Assembly: GCA_965243205.1 (NCBI GenBank)
Contig: CBDEUK010000002.1
Coordinates: 2,144,001 to 2,208,000, forward strand
DNA: 64,000 bases
From: Gammaproteobacteria bacterium
GTDB lineage: Bacteria; Pseudomonadota; Gammaproteobacteria; Eutrophobiales; Eutrophobiaceae
Direction of reading: 5' to 3'
The position numbers and the translations under genes are program-made. Positions 48,639 to 59,278 of the stretch are shown piece after piece. Positions within the stretch are counted from its first letter, which is position 1. Each line of letters starts with the position of its first letter. The notes beneath the pieces were generated by a model. The model ran no database searches. It had not been told where the DNA came from and was given only the letters and a program-made list of their open reading frames with translations.

Positions 48639-48755
48639 TCCTGGCGGCCATAGCGAGTGGGAACCACCTGAATCCATCCCGAACTCAGAAGTGAAACTGC
48701 TTTGCGCCGATGATAGTGTGGGGCCTCCCCATGTGAAAGTAGGTCACCGCCAGGT
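48639..48755 (+). rRNA. rrf: 5S rRNA
   Basis: CCTGGCGGCCATAGCG...CCGAACTCAGAAGTGAAA...GCCGATGATAGT...CCGCCAGG. Confidence 0.97.
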
Positions 48756-48764
48756 TCTAATACC

Positions 48765-48801
48765 AAAAAAGCCCTTGTATTTTTACAAGGGCTTTTTTTT
48801 T
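48765..48801 (+). terminator. rRNA operon intrinsic terminator
   Basis: AAAAAAGCCCTTGTA-tttt-TACAAGGGC followed by a T-tract. Confidence 0.92.
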
Positions 48802-49079
48802 AATTTAAATATGTTATTTTTATCAAACACATATCAGAAAATCATATCACTTCAATAATCTAGGGTTAAAGTTATCAGTATTTATAATTTTATTAATTAG
48901 ATTAATTCAACTGAAAACTATTTTCATAAAGTAAGATAGTTTCAAAGAGATATTTTGCTAATAATGTTTTGGAAAAATATTTATTAAATTATGTTTATTT
49001 TTGAAATTAACAATACATACATAGTATGTTTTGTTATTAAATATGTAATAAATAATTTGAAGATATAAAAGGAAAGTTA

Positions 49080-50699
49080 ATGAGTGAAAAAAAATCGACA
49101 TCTTTACTAAAATCTGTTGCTTATCATCTATTGGCAGCGATTCTTATATTAAGTATTGCTAGTATAAATTTTGATTTGTTCTTTTGGAAAGTTGGCGGAG
49201 ATGTAATGCATGTCATTTTTATAATGGCGGCTATGTATTTGATAGGAGCATTGATTTTGATCGTATATGGAAAGTTTAAACCTATTAATCTGTTATTGAT
49301 CTTATCAATGCCACTTGCGTGTTTGTTTATTGTATATTTTTATATAATTTTTAGAGAAATAGAAATATCGAGACTAGTTTTGCTGATAACTAGTTTCTCA
49401 ATGGTAGCATTGTTTCTTGCTCATTATGTTTTCTCTAGTTTTCGAAATATATTGAGTTTAGTTTTAGCATTTTTAGTAGTGTCAATTAATACCGCAATTC
49501 TTTTGTTCGATTTAAATATTAAAAACGCGATGTCTTCAAGTGAAATACAAACAGATGAAATATCTTCAGCGTTTTATGATTTAAAAACACAAAGTTATAC
49601 GAATGTTTTTCCTGCAACTAAATCCTATCATGCGATGGGTGCTTTAGATCTATTAGATAATGATTATTTAATCTCAACCGGTGACGGAGATTTTTATGTG
49701 GTTGAACAATTAGATTTTGGTAAAGAAGTAGTTGTAAAAAAAATAGATATAAATTTACCAATGAATAGAGATACTTTTATAGCAGCTGCTGGTCCAGGTT
49801 CTTTAGATTATTCACAGTATTTTAGAGTTATGGATATAGATGTTAGTAAAATAGATGATAGTAGCGAATTTAAGTTGTTAGTGTCACATCACTTTTGGTA
49901 TACGGATAGAGAATGTTCTGTGTTTAGGGTTTCTGAAAATACGTTTGATAAAGAAAAAAATAATATAACATCGGATTGGAAAACAATTTTTGAAGCAACA
50001 CCGTGTTTACCTTTAGATGAAAGTGAGTGGGCTTTTAGAGGTATGGAAGGAGGAGGGCGTATTGCACATTACAATAATAAAATATTAATAACGATCGGTG
50101 ATCATGGAATGAATGGACATGATTTCGAGAAAGATTATGTTAATGATGAATCAAGTTCATATGGAAAAACTATCTTGTTAGATCCATTAACTGGTGAGAC
50201 TGAAAATTTTTCCATTGGACATAGAAATCAACAAGGCTTATTGGTAGATAATAATAATAATGTTTGGTCGACAGAACATGGACCACAAGGTGGAGATGAA
50301 TTAAATCTTTTACACAATGGTCAGTTTTATGGTTGGCCACAAGTAACATATGGTACGGATTATGGGGTAAAAGAATGGCCTCTATCTCAAGGTGAAATAG
50401 GACGACATGATAATTACACGGCGCCTATTTATTCATGGATACCGTCTGTGGGTGCATCTAATTTGATTCAGATAAAAAACAATAAACAATTTCCTCTTTG
50501 GAAAAATGATTTTTTAGTCGCAACTATGATTGATAACACTATTCTTAGATTAAGACTTGAGGAGAACAATGTTAAATATCAAGAAAAGATCGCTTTTGAT
50601 GGAAGAGTTAGAGACATATTAGAAGATAATGATGGTCGAATTATTCTTTGGACAGATGAAAATTCGCTAGTTCTAATTGCAAGCGACAATTCAAAATAG
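49080..50699 (+). CDS. PQQ-dependent sugar (glucose/sorbosone) dehydrogenase family protein with an N-terminal multi-TM domain
   Basis: GGRI, TIGD, GHRNQQGL, TEHGPQGGDELN, YGWP, GRVRD motifs; about 5 N-terminal TM helices. Confidence 0.85.
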   Translation: MSEKKSTSLLKSVAYHLLAAILILSIASINFDLFFWKVGGDVMHVIFIMAAMYLIGALILIVYGKFKPINLLLILSMPLACLFIVYFYIIFREIEISRLVLLITSFSMVALFLAHYVFSSFRNILSLVLAFLVVSINTAILLFDLNIKNAMSSSEIQTDEISSAFYDLKTQSYTNVFPATKSYHAMGALDLLDNDYLISTGDGDFYVVEQLDFGKEVVVKKIDINLPMNRDTFIAAAGPGSLDYSQYFRVMDIDVSKIDDSSEFKLLVSHHFWYTDRECSVFRVSENTFDKEKNNITSDWKTIFEATPCLPLDESEWAFRGMEGGGRIAHYNNKILITIGDHGMNGHDFEKDYVNDESSSYGKTILLDPLTGETENFSIGHRNQQGLLVDNNNNVWSTEHGPQGGDELNLLHNGQFYGWPQVTYGTDYGVKEWPLSQGEIGRHDNYTAPIYSWIPSVGASNLIQIKNNKQFPLWKNDFLVATMIDNTILRLRLEENNVKYQEKIAFDGRVRDILEDNDGRIILWTDENSLVLIASDNSK

Positions 50700-50731
50700 A
50701 TTTAAGAAAAACATTTAATATAGACAATGCT

Positions 50732-51649
50732 ATGAAAACTTTTATCAAATACTTATTAGTCATAATACTAATTCAAATTGCAGGATATATTGGGTATATA
50801 GCATTAGGAGGCAATCTAACTAGAGATGAATTGAAAGGATTTATCTCTGAAATAAAATTAAACACGACCTATGAAATTACAGATTCTGGTGGAGATTGTG
50901 ATAAGTTCGGAGAATGGTCTCAAGAAACTAAGATTTGTAGATTAACGAGTAATTTCGAACAAGGAGAAAGTATTTCAATTGATGGAAATGAAATTATATT
51001 TGATGGAAATAATCATAGTATGACTGGTAATGGCGAAACTAATGCCATCACTGTGATTTCTAATGATATGGTTATTATTAGAAATCTTGAAATAGATAAT
51101 TATTACGAAGGTGTTGTGTTACAAAATACAACCGGATGTATTATTGATAATCTCAAGATTACTAATACAAAAAACTTAGCTATTAATGGTGTATCAGGGC
51201 TTTCCGGAAATATTATATCCAATAACATTATTGAAAAAAGTGACTTACATGGGATTGCAATTTGGTCTAGTAGTGGAAACCTTGTGATTAATAATTTTGT
51301 AAAAGAAACTAAAGATGGAATCCGTTTTCAAAATGCAATAGGTAATATAATTATTCAAAATACTCTTCAAGCCAACAGAGTTGAAGGCTTAGATTTTCAT
51401 GATGGGTTTCATAATGTTTCGTTTCATAATAACTTTTTCTTGAATGAAGAGATACAAGTTATCAGTGATGTGGATGCAATAAAAAATATCTTTGAGTCTA
51501 AAATGGGAGGTAATTATTATGATAACTATGATACTGAGGATGAGGGTTGTATAGATTCAGATAATAACGAAAGGTGTGATATCCCATTTAAATATGATGG
51601 TGTTATTGATAATGCTGCGTTAACAAGTCCAGTATTATGGAAAGAGTAA
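50732..51649 (+). CDS. NosD/CASH-like right-handed parallel beta-helix protein, membrane anchored
   Basis: IIFDGNNH, repeated GI.....N.I.NN units, C-terminal GGNYY...CIDSDNNERCDIP. Confidence 0.8.
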   Translation: MKTFIKYLLVIILIQIAGYIGYIALGGNLTRDELKGFISEIKLNTTYEITDSGGDCDKFGEWSQETKICRLTSNFEQGESISIDGNEIIFDGNNHSMTGNGETNAITVISNDMVIIRNLEIDNYYEGVVLQNTTGCIIDNLKITNTKNLAINGVSGLSGNIISNNIIEKSDLHGIAIWSSSGNLVINNFVKETKDGIRFQNAIGNIIIQNTLQANRVEGLDFHDGFHNVSFHNNFFLNEEIQVISDVDAIKNIFESKMGGNYYDNYDTEDEGCIDSDNNERCDIPFKYDGVIDNAALTSPVLWKE

Positions 51650-51799
51650 AATGAATTCCATAAATAAAGGTTATAAGTTTTTCATTCAATATCTAATTTA
51701 GTGACTAATAAAATAGTAAGAGTGGGTAGTAATAATTTCTCTTTGGAGAGCTACAACGAGCATAAAAATACCAATTAAAGTGTGTTAAAGTTTGGTTTT

Positions 51800-52924
51800 T
51801 TATAATAGTTTTTTTGTTCTAAAAATATTTACTATCTGTTCGCTCGTGGTGCCATCTCCATAAGGGTTTATAGATTTAGCCATTTTATTATATGCATCTT
51901 TATCGGTGAGTAATTTATTTAACTCAGTGGTTACTCTATCTCTATCTGTACCGACTAGTTTAGCTGTATTTGCTTCGACACCTTCCATACGTTCAGTCAC
52001 TTCTCTGGTAACTAAAACAGGTTTTCCAAGTGATGGAGCTTCTTCTTGAATGCCACCGGAATCAGTTACAACCACATGAGATTGATTCATTAACCAGATT
52101 AGATTTGGATAGTCTAATGGTTCGATAAGATGAACATTTTGAGTTGTTGAAAGAATCTTATTCACAGGTTCTCGAACATTTGGATTGAGATGCACAGGAT
52201 AAACAAATTGAATATCAGAGTGTTCTAATGCAACATCTCTTATAGCACTTGCAAAATCCTCAAATGGTTTGCCAAAACTTTCTCTTCGATGTCCAGTTAT
52301 CAGAACGATTTTTTTGTTAAGGTCAAGGAACTCAAAGGTTTCTTTTTTGATGAAGTCTTCGTCTGATTCGAGTATTTCTAAACCTAACATTAGTGCATCA
52401 ATCACTGTATTACCGACTACCCAAACGTTTTCACGAATACCTTCTTTTTCTAATGCTAAACGAGATGCTTCGGTAGGAGGGAAATGAAAGTCAGCAATAT
52501 GTCCAGTCAGCTTGCGATTTCCTTCTTCAGGAAAAGGCGAATATTTTTTACCGCTTCTAAGTCCAGCTTCTAGATGAGAAATAGTCGTCTTAAAGTAAAA
52601 AGAACAAAGTGCACCAATAAAAGTAGTTGTGGTATCTCCTTGTACGAAAACATTATCAGGTTCGAAATCTGTAAAGACGTTTTGCAGATCTTTTAAACAG
52701 TTTACAGTTATATCAAACAGAGTTTGATTTTGTTTCATTAAGTCCAAATCATAGTCAGGTTTGATATTAAAAAAAGTTAAAACCTGATCAAGCATTTCAC
52801 GATGCTGTGCTGTAACACAAACTTTGACATTGAACTCATCAGGGTATTTTTTAAAAGCTTTGATTAGTGGAGCCATTTTGATGGCCTCAGGACGAGTACC
52901 AAATATAAACAGAATTTTTTTCAT
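51800..52924 (-). CDS. wecB: UDP-N-acetylglucosamine 2-epimerase (non-hydrolysing)
   Basis: FGTRPEAIKMAP, VQGDTTT, HLEAGLRS, HRRES, TDSGGIQEEAP, NPYGDG; ATG at 52924. Confidence 0.97.
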   Translation of the reverse strand: MKKILFIFGTRPEAIKMAPLIKAFKKYPDEFNVKVCVTAQHREMLDQVLTFFNIKPDYDLDLMKQNQTLFDITVNCLKDLQNVFTDFEPDNVFVQGDTTTTFIGALCSFYFKTTISHLEAGLRSGKKYSPFPEEGNRKLTGHIADFHFPPTEASRLALEKEGIRENVWVVGNTVIDALMLGLEILESDEDFIKKETFEFLDLNKKIVLITGHRRESFGKPFEDFASAIRDVALEHSDIQFVYPVHLNPNVREPVNKILSTTQNVHLIEPLDYPNLIWLMNQSHVVVTDSGGIQEEAPSLGKPVLVTREVTERMEGVEANTAKLVGTDRDRVTTELNKLLTDKDAYNKMAKSINPYGDGTTSEQIVNIFRTKKLL

Positions 52925-52935
52925 AGTATTATTTT

Positions 52936-54063
52936 TTAAAGTGAATTGATGATGTCTCTTAATTTTAAACAGCGACTTTCCCAACTATGAGTTTTGACAT
53001 CTAATCGACGTTTTTCTCTATTTTCATAGCTATCTTGTAGATGACATTCTTTCATCCAGTTTACGATTTCATTAGCATCATGTGAAATCATAACATGGTC
53101 AGCTAGAGGTTTAATTTCAGGCATTGGTGTTGAATGTGAAGCTAAACCTGCAGCAAGATATTCACGTATTTTTAATGGGTTTACGGCTAATGTGAGTTCA
53201 TTAATAACAAAAGGAATCCAAGCGGCAGTCCAATTTGATATTAAGTTTGGTAATTCATCAAAAGGTACTTTATCTATCAATTTGATATTTGGAATAGAGC
53301 GTATTTTTTCAGGCAAATAATCTACTTTTCCAATAAATTCAAGTTCCCAGTCAGGTGAACGTTTTGCGACTTGCTCTATTAAATCATAATCAATCCATTC
53401 TGATAGAGTACCAAAGAACCCTAATATTTTTTTACCTTTTGGTTGTAACGATACCTTAGTAAAATGATCATACTGAACTCCTTGAGGTAAGTAGTATGTT
53501 TTATCTTCATATGGTTCGCCAGGCCGTAAACTTTCAGCAGTAACGACTATTGCATCGGCTTTTTCATATATTTCTGCTTCTGTTTCTTTAACTAATATTG
53601 GATCACAACCAGGATACTGGTCATAAACATCTAATCGTAAATATACAAGTTTGTTGTGAGGTATTGAGTCTTTGTATAAAGATAACACCGGAGAAACAGT
53701 TAAGAGTACCGAATCTTGAGCAGCAAGATTTTTTAGTGCCAATGTTGCAGATTTACCAAGAGATTTCTTATTAAAGGATTGAGCTATAGGGTTTCGATGC
53801 AATGGAATGACGCGTGGTTGTATGTTTAAAAAATGTTGTAACGAGCCTTGATATAGTCGGCGTTCTTGTCCATCAGGCTTAGAATTTAATAAATTTTTTA
53901 ATTTATTACCTATTCTTGATAAGTCATTAAAATTAAGTTCAGGAGTACGCATTCCTATTGAGTCGAACCAGATTACCTTATCTGACTTTGGTACATTTAG
54001 CATAAGATGCTGGGTGGTAGAAGGGTGTATTCCCCAATCATCACCAAAAACAATCCAATCCAT
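52936..54063 (-). CDS. Glycosyltransferase (GT-B, TuaH-like)
   Basis: FGDDWG.HPSTTQHL N-terminus; GFFG...EWID; NPLKIREYLAAG. Confidence 0.88.
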   Translation of the reverse strand: MDWIVFGDDWGIHPSTTQHLMLNVPKSDKVIWFDSIGMRTPELNFNDLSRIGNKLKNLLNSKPDGQERRLYQGSLQHFLNIQPRVIPLHRNPIAQSFNKKSLGKSATLALKNLAAQDSVLLTVSPVLSLYKDSIPHNKLVYLRLDVYDQYPGCDPILVKETEAEIYEKADAIVVTAESLRPGEPYEDKTYYLPQGVQYDHFTKVSLQPKGKKILGFFGTLSEWIDYDLIEQVAKRSPDWELEFIGKVDYLPEKIRSIPNIKLIDKVPFDELPNLISNWTAAWIPFVINELTLAVNPLKIREYLAAGLASHSTPMPEIKPLADHVMISHDANEIVNWMKECHLQDSYENREKRRLDVKTHSWESRCLKLRDIINSL

Positions 54064-54352
54064 TACATTTTTTTCCTATTCATAATTAAATTTAAAGTTT
54101 GCATTAAAAATTAAAAGAGGTTGATAGTTAATCAAACCATTTAAATTAGATGTTATAGATCGAATGTATTGTTCTGTAGTTATATATTATCGGCTCAAAG
54201 ACTAATTTATTTAAAAAAAAGATTCCAGCCGAAAGTGGTGAAATTTCTATATTGGTAAAGTTTAAGATAAGAAATTCGACATTATTATTTTTATCTAGAG
54301 CTCCAAATAAATTTCATTGAGCTATGAATTTAATTCCGCATTATTTGATAGA

Positions 54353-55903
54353 TTAATTGTTCCACCAATCCATTTCTTTTGGAATATCTAGCTTAATATC
54401 ATTATGTTGTTGAGTATTTGGTATAACAGATATAGTTTTTAAACCAGGGTATTTATTATTTAACATTGTTTTAGCTTCTTTAACTTGGTCTTCAGAATAG
54501 GCTTCAATTAAGACAAAGCTTTTTTGAGAGTCGTACATTTTAAAACCATATAGTTCTTTGGTCAGAACATATCTTTCCCATGTTATATCAGGGGTATCAA
54601 CCAAGAATGCAGCGAATTGTGACACATTAGGCCACATGCCTATATACAGGGTATCTGATTCGGCATTGTTGACTATTTCAGGAAAAAAATTGAAAGATTT
54701 TTCTATTTGAATTTGATTCCTTTCTACACGTTGAAATACGTTGTAAGTCACGTTTCTTCGATCTGGGTATTCTTTACCATCTATAAGTATTAAACCCCAA
54801 GGTAGAATTAAGTTAATAACCAGCAAGATAGCTGCAATAGCAGGTAATAATTTTTCCTTAAAGGACCAATCCCAATATCGAGCAATGAAAACAGCACAAC
54901 CGATTGCTGCAATAATGCCATGTCTTGTTGGAGTAGGGTTTCCGAAGTAAATTATGAAAGAAGGAAGTATGGCCATGCCTGCGCCAATGACTATAAGCCA
55001 TTGTTTATCTTTGAATTTTTTCCATGATAAATATATAGATAGGAATAATAAGGGCAAACCAACTTCAGCTAACCATTTTGGAAAACAGCTAATAACGGAT
55101 TCTATAGAAATGAAATGAAGTATTGCTTGGATAGCTGAGCCAACAGTATTAAATGTATTACTTATTCCAGTTATTTCTGGAATTAAGAGTTTTCTTCCAA
55201 CAACTAATCCTATTATTGAAACTGAAAATATAACTCCTAGAGCAAACCAATCAGAAAGTTTTTTTCGGTTGCTAAATATCATAAGCGCTACGATTAATGA
55301 CCAAAAAAGCAGAACTTGCTCAAATCTGATCAAAAAGGCTAATGATTGAATCAATATAGAGAGAAGTAGGCCTAATAATTTAGTGTTTGAATTTTCAAAT
55401 TCTATACTTTTAAAGAAAATCCAGAACGAGGCTAACGATAAGCTTATTGCGATATGAAAACCATGACCAAACCCGGCAAGAAAAATAAAGACGGGGCTGG
55501 TGATGAGTAGAACTACTGCGAATTTGGCCTGACCGTCATCTTTAAAACAGTTTCTTAACAATAACCAAAATAATATTGGAATACTCAAGAAACAAATACT
55601 GCCAATAATATTCAATAATAGAAATGCATCGTGTACATCATTTACAAAAAACGTTGCAATGGGGTGAAGTAAATAAGGTAGCAAGGGTTGTATTTGAGGA
55701 GAGTAGGATATACTCGTTATTGCTTCTCCGGTTTTCAATGAATAAACAATAGAGCCTGCAACTTGAAATAAATCATGTTCGCCAATGCCCTGCCCAAAGA
55801 ACAGCATCCAGCTTAAGAACAGTGTATAAACAAATATGCAAAGTAAGAATAAAGTATTATTTGTTGTTTGAGTTAAGTGTTGAGGCATAATCTGTGATTT
55901 CAT
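54353..55903 (-). CDS. Polytopic membrane protein, possibly a GT-C-fold transferase
   Basis: More than 10 hydrophobic segments plus a soluble C-terminal domain; located in a glycan locus; function uncertain. Confidence 0.5.
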   Translation of the reverse strand: MKSQIMPQHLTQTTNNTLFLLCIFVYTLFLSWMLFFGQGIGEHDLFQVAGSIVYSLKTGEAITSISYSPQIQPLLPYLLHPIATFFVNDVHDAFLLLNIIGSICFLSIPILFWLLLRNCFKDDGQAKFAVVLLITSPVFIFLAGFGHGFHIAISLSLASFWIFFKSIEFENSNTKLLGLLLSILIQSLAFLIRFEQVLLFWSLIVALMIFSNRKKLSDWFALGVIFSVSIIGLVVGRKLLIPEITGISNTFNTVGSAIQAILHFISIESVISCFPKWLAEVGLPLLFLSIYLSWKKFKDKQWLIVIGAGMAILPSFIIYFGNPTPTRHGIIAAIGCAVFIARYWDWSFKEKLLPAIAAILLVINLILPWGLILIDGKEYPDRRNVTYNVFQRVERNQIQIEKSFNFFPEIVNNAESDTLYIGMWPNVSQFAAFLVDTPDITWERYVLTKELYGFKMYDSQKSFVLIEAYSEDQVKEAKTMLNNKYPGLKTISVIPNTQQHNDIKLDIPKEMDWWNN

Positions 55904-55973
55904 TCAAGGAGATTGTTCAATAAAAAAATGATATCAGTTTTAACCGTTTTTTTATACTTAAGTTTGATTTCAA

Positions 55974-57077
55974 TTATTTCTTAGATAACTCCGTATACAA
56001 ATCATTATATTTATTAAACATAGTTTCTATATCGTAATTTTTGCTGACACACTTTACAGCATTGGTAGCCCTGCGATTAGATTCTTCTGGAGAATTAATG
56101 ACCATTTTAATATTTTCTGCGATAGCATCAGGAGATTTAATTGGGCTTAGCCAAGCAGTTTCCCCATCCTCTAATAAATCTTCAATCCCACAACGTGTTC
56201 CTACTATCGGTAAGTTAGAGGCCATGGCTTGAAACAAAGAAATCGGCTGACCTTCGCTTGTAGAGGTCATCAGATAGATATCCAGGTTAGATAAAAAAAT
56301 AAAAGGATCATCTACAAAACCGATAAATTTGATACGGTCAGATAAGTCCAAATCTGAAATGAGATTTAAAAATTGTTCATATAACTTATGGTTTGTCGCG
56401 CCAGCAATTAGCAAGACCACATCTATATTTAATTCGCGAAGTCTTTTTATAGATAGTATCGCGGTCTCATAATCCTTAGCTGGTCTTACATTGCCTAAAC
56501 AACCTATAATCATACAAGATTCGGGTAGGTTGTATTGTTTTCGAAATTCGCTTCGATCTTGTGTTTTTACAGGTTTTAAGTGTATTCCATTCGGTACAAG
56601 TAGGATATCATCGTGACACAATGTCGTAGATTTCACTAAATGCTCTAAAATTTTCTCGCTTACAGCCACAATAGTTGACCCTTTTTTAACGATACTGATT
56701 TTTAGATTGAGTAATTTATCAGAGGTGTTAATGTCGACTAAACCATGAAAGGTTGAAACGACAGGGGTTCTAGTTAATATGCCAGCGATTGATGCATACA
56801 TATTAGAGCCGAAAAGATGAGAATGAATGATATCAATTTTGTACTTATAGATAATACGAATGATCTGGAAGAGTAATTTTATATTGAAAGAACCTTTTCC
56901 AGGGAGAATGGTATAGTTTAAAGCATTCTCTTTTAGTTTGTTTTCTACGTAGCCGCTACCATGAATAATCGCAAGACCGTTTTTGTTGCCTTGGATAAAG
57001 TTTTTGTTTAATTCGATAAATAATGTTTCTGCACCACCAGGTCCAGTAGTATCTATCATATATAGAATATTTTTCAT
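55974..57077 (-). CDS. GT4 family glycosyltransferase
   Basis: GPGGAE, IIHSH, VPNGI, GNVRPAK, SEGQPISLFQAMA. Confidence 0.92.
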   Translation of the reverse strand: MKNILYMIDTTGPGGAETLFIELNKNFIQGNKNGLAIIHGSGYVENKLKENALNYTILPGKGSFNIKLLFQIIRIIYKYKIDIIHSHLFGSNMYASIAGILTRTPVVSTFHGLVDINTSDKLLNLKISIVKKGSTIVAVSEKILEHLVKSTTLCHDDILLVPNGIHLKPVKTQDRSEFRKQYNLPESCMIIGCLGNVRPAKDYETAILSIKRLRELNIDVVLLIAGATNHKLYEQFLNLISDLDLSDRIKFIGFVDDPFIFLSNLDIYLMTSTSEGQPISLFQAMASNLPIVGTRCGIEDLLEDGETAWLSPIKSPDAIAENIKMVINSPEESNRRATNAVKCVSKNYDIETMFNKYNDLYTELSKK

Positions 57078-57149
57078 AAATTGATAATAATTAGGAAAAA
57101 TTTTTATAAATTATAAAAAGATGTCTCAGGATTAACAGATAAAATATTA

Positions 57150-58466
57150 ATGGCCAAGATAAGCAAGAAAACACTAGCTGATAATGATTACCCAATCGAA
57201 GGTCTTTATCAACTAAATATTAAGGACTATTGGCGCGTATTAAAAGCGCAACCATTTGCGTTCTGGGCAATAATTTTATGTGTGATGAATGAATATTTGC
57301 GTATTCAATCATTATTTCCCATTTTAGACGGTTTGCCTTTATCAAGTACTTTAATATATTTGTCTTTATTCTCATGGATAGCTAACTCAAAAGAGAAATA
57401 TCAATCTGATAATTTTTTATGGTTGATTGTTGCATTTCTAATAATAGTAACTATTTCTTCATTGAATGCTTACGATAGCAGTGTTTCTTTCAAATTTATT
57501 TCTAATTTTTATAGCTGGGTATTAATTTATTTTTTAATTGTTCAGAATGTAAAAACAGAAAAAAGATTATTAATTTTTACATGGTTTATCTTTTTACCTA
57601 TTTTTAAAATATCGTTACATGGAGCAACGAGTTGGGCTGCTAGAGGTTTTGCTTTTTCTGACTGGGGTGTAAGGGGACCAGAAGGATATTTTGCAAATTC
57701 AGGGGAATTATCATTACTAATGGCCATGTTTTTTGCTATGTCTTTGGGATTATATATTGGATTCAAAGATCGATTATCCCAACGCAAAAGACTATTTTTA
57801 ATTTTATTGCCTATAACGGCAATCATGACGGTGTTGGCCTCTGCAACGCGGGGTTCTCAACTAGCTCTTCTAATACAAATACTAATCTTAGGCATTTTGT
57901 ATAAGAAATTCTCTTTCAGAGGCATTATTATCACAGTTTTAGTGTTATTTTTAGGTTATTCTTACTTGCCTGCGGAACAGAAGGCTCGTTTTGAATCAGC
58001 AGGAACAGATACAACATCTAAAGCACGTTTGACCTATTGGGCTAAGGGCTATGAGATGTTACAAGATCATCCTTTCACCGGTGTTGGCTATTTTAACTTC
58101 CCAGTTTATTTTGATTACTATTACGCGGAATACAAGGTTTTCAAAGACAAATCTGAAGCAGCACATAATCATATAGTCGAGGTAGGTGCTACCTTAGGAT
58201 ATCCTGGTTTAATACTCTATTTAATGATTATTTGGGGATGTTATAAAGTTTCTGGCAAGATTCGTAAATTACTTATGCAACATGATCTACAAAAGCATTG
58301 GATATATTCATTTACGATAGGAATGGATTGTGCATTAGTTGGATATTTTATTGGGGCAATGTTTATGTCTGTCGCTTTTTATCCATACATTTGGATTCAT
58401 TCAGCTTATATAGTGTCAGTTTTAACCGTTACGAAAAATATTGTAGAACAAAAGAAAAAAGTTTAA
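57150..58466 (+). CDS. O-antigen ligase/polymerase family protein (Wzy_C)
   Basis: ASATRGS, RL.YW..G..M..DHPFTGVG, AHNHIVE motifs; multi-TM. Confidence 0.88.
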   Translation: MAKISKKTLADNDYPIEGLYQLNIKDYWRVLKAQPFAFWAIILCVMNEYLRIQSLFPILDGLPLSSTLIYLSLFSWIANSKEKYQSDNFLWLIVAFLIIVTISSLNAYDSSVSFKFISNFYSWVLIYFLIVQNVKTEKRLLIFTWFIFLPIFKISLHGATSWAARGFAFSDWGVRGPEGYFANSGELSLLMAMFFAMSLGLYIGFKDRLSQRKRLFLILLPITAIMTVLASATRGSQLALLIQILILGILYKKFSFRGIIITVLVLFLGYSYLPAEQKARFESAGTDTTSKARLTYWAKGYEMLQDHPFTGVGYFNFPVYFDYYYAEYKVFKDKSEAAHNHIVEVGATLGYPGLILYLMIIWGCYKVSGKIRKLLMQHDLQKHWIYSFTIGMDCALVGYFIGAMFMSVAFYPYIWIHSAYIVSVLTVTKNIVEQKKKV

Positions 58467-58501
58467 TGATATAAATTGCCGATTCAATAATTGAATATTA
58501 G

Positions 58502-59278
58502 ATGATGAGAAAAATAAAAGTATTATTAGGTTATCTTGTTTTTAAAACTGGGCTTTATAAGTTCTTTTTAAGAAATAAAGCCATTGTTTTATTGTTTCAC
58601 CGTGTTGACGATGCATTAGCTCATAAGAGGCTAACATGTTCTACAAAAATGTTTGATAGCATCTGTCAATTAGCTAAAAATCATTTTAATGTCATTTCTT
58701 TAACAGAGTTGGTTAATAAACTAAATGCTGGTAAGGATATTTCTAATGACATGGTTATTAGTTTTGATGATGGTTATTTGGATAACTATCAATATGCAGC
58801 ACCTATTCTAAGAGAACATGGTCTTGATGCTTGTTTTTTTATAGCAACGGACTTTATTGGTTCTGAACATACAACTTGGTGGGATAAAGAAGATGATGTC
58901 AAATCTACCTGGATGAATTGGGACCAGGTCCGAGAAATGAGGCGTTGGGGGTTTGAAATAGCAGCTCATACAAAAAATCATGTTGACTTAGGTAAAGTGG
59001 ATAGGGATGTTGCGTATCAAGAAATAAAAGGGTCTAAGGATAGGCTAGAACAAGAACTAGGTGAGCCAATAAATTTATTTTGCTATCCCTATGGTCGTAA
59101 AGAGCAAATCACTGAAGAAAACCGTCAGATTGTAAGAGATCTAGGTTTTATTTGTTGCCCATCAGCGTATGGTGGTTTGGTCGAAAATAATAGCGACCCT
59201 TTTTATATGTTGCGTACACCTGTCGATAGTTATTATGAAACCGCATGGGATTTTGCTTTCGATTTGATAAGAACTTAA
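58502..59278 (+). CDS. Polysaccharide deacetylase (CE4)
   Basis: LLFHRV, SFDDGY, AHTKNH, FCYPYG. Confidence 0.92.
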   Translation: MMRKIKVLLGYLVFKTGLYKFFLRNKAIVLLFHRVDDALAHKRLTCSTKMFDSICQLAKNHFNVISLTELVNKLNAGKDISNDMVISFDDGYLDNYQYAAPILREHGLDACFFIATDFIGSEHTTWWDKEDDVKSTWMNWDQVREMRRWGFEIAAHTKNHVDLGKVDRDVAYQEIKGSKDRLEQELGEPINLFCYPYGRKEQITEENRQIVRDLGFICCPSAYGGLVENNSDPFYMLRTPVDSYYETAWDFAFDLIRT

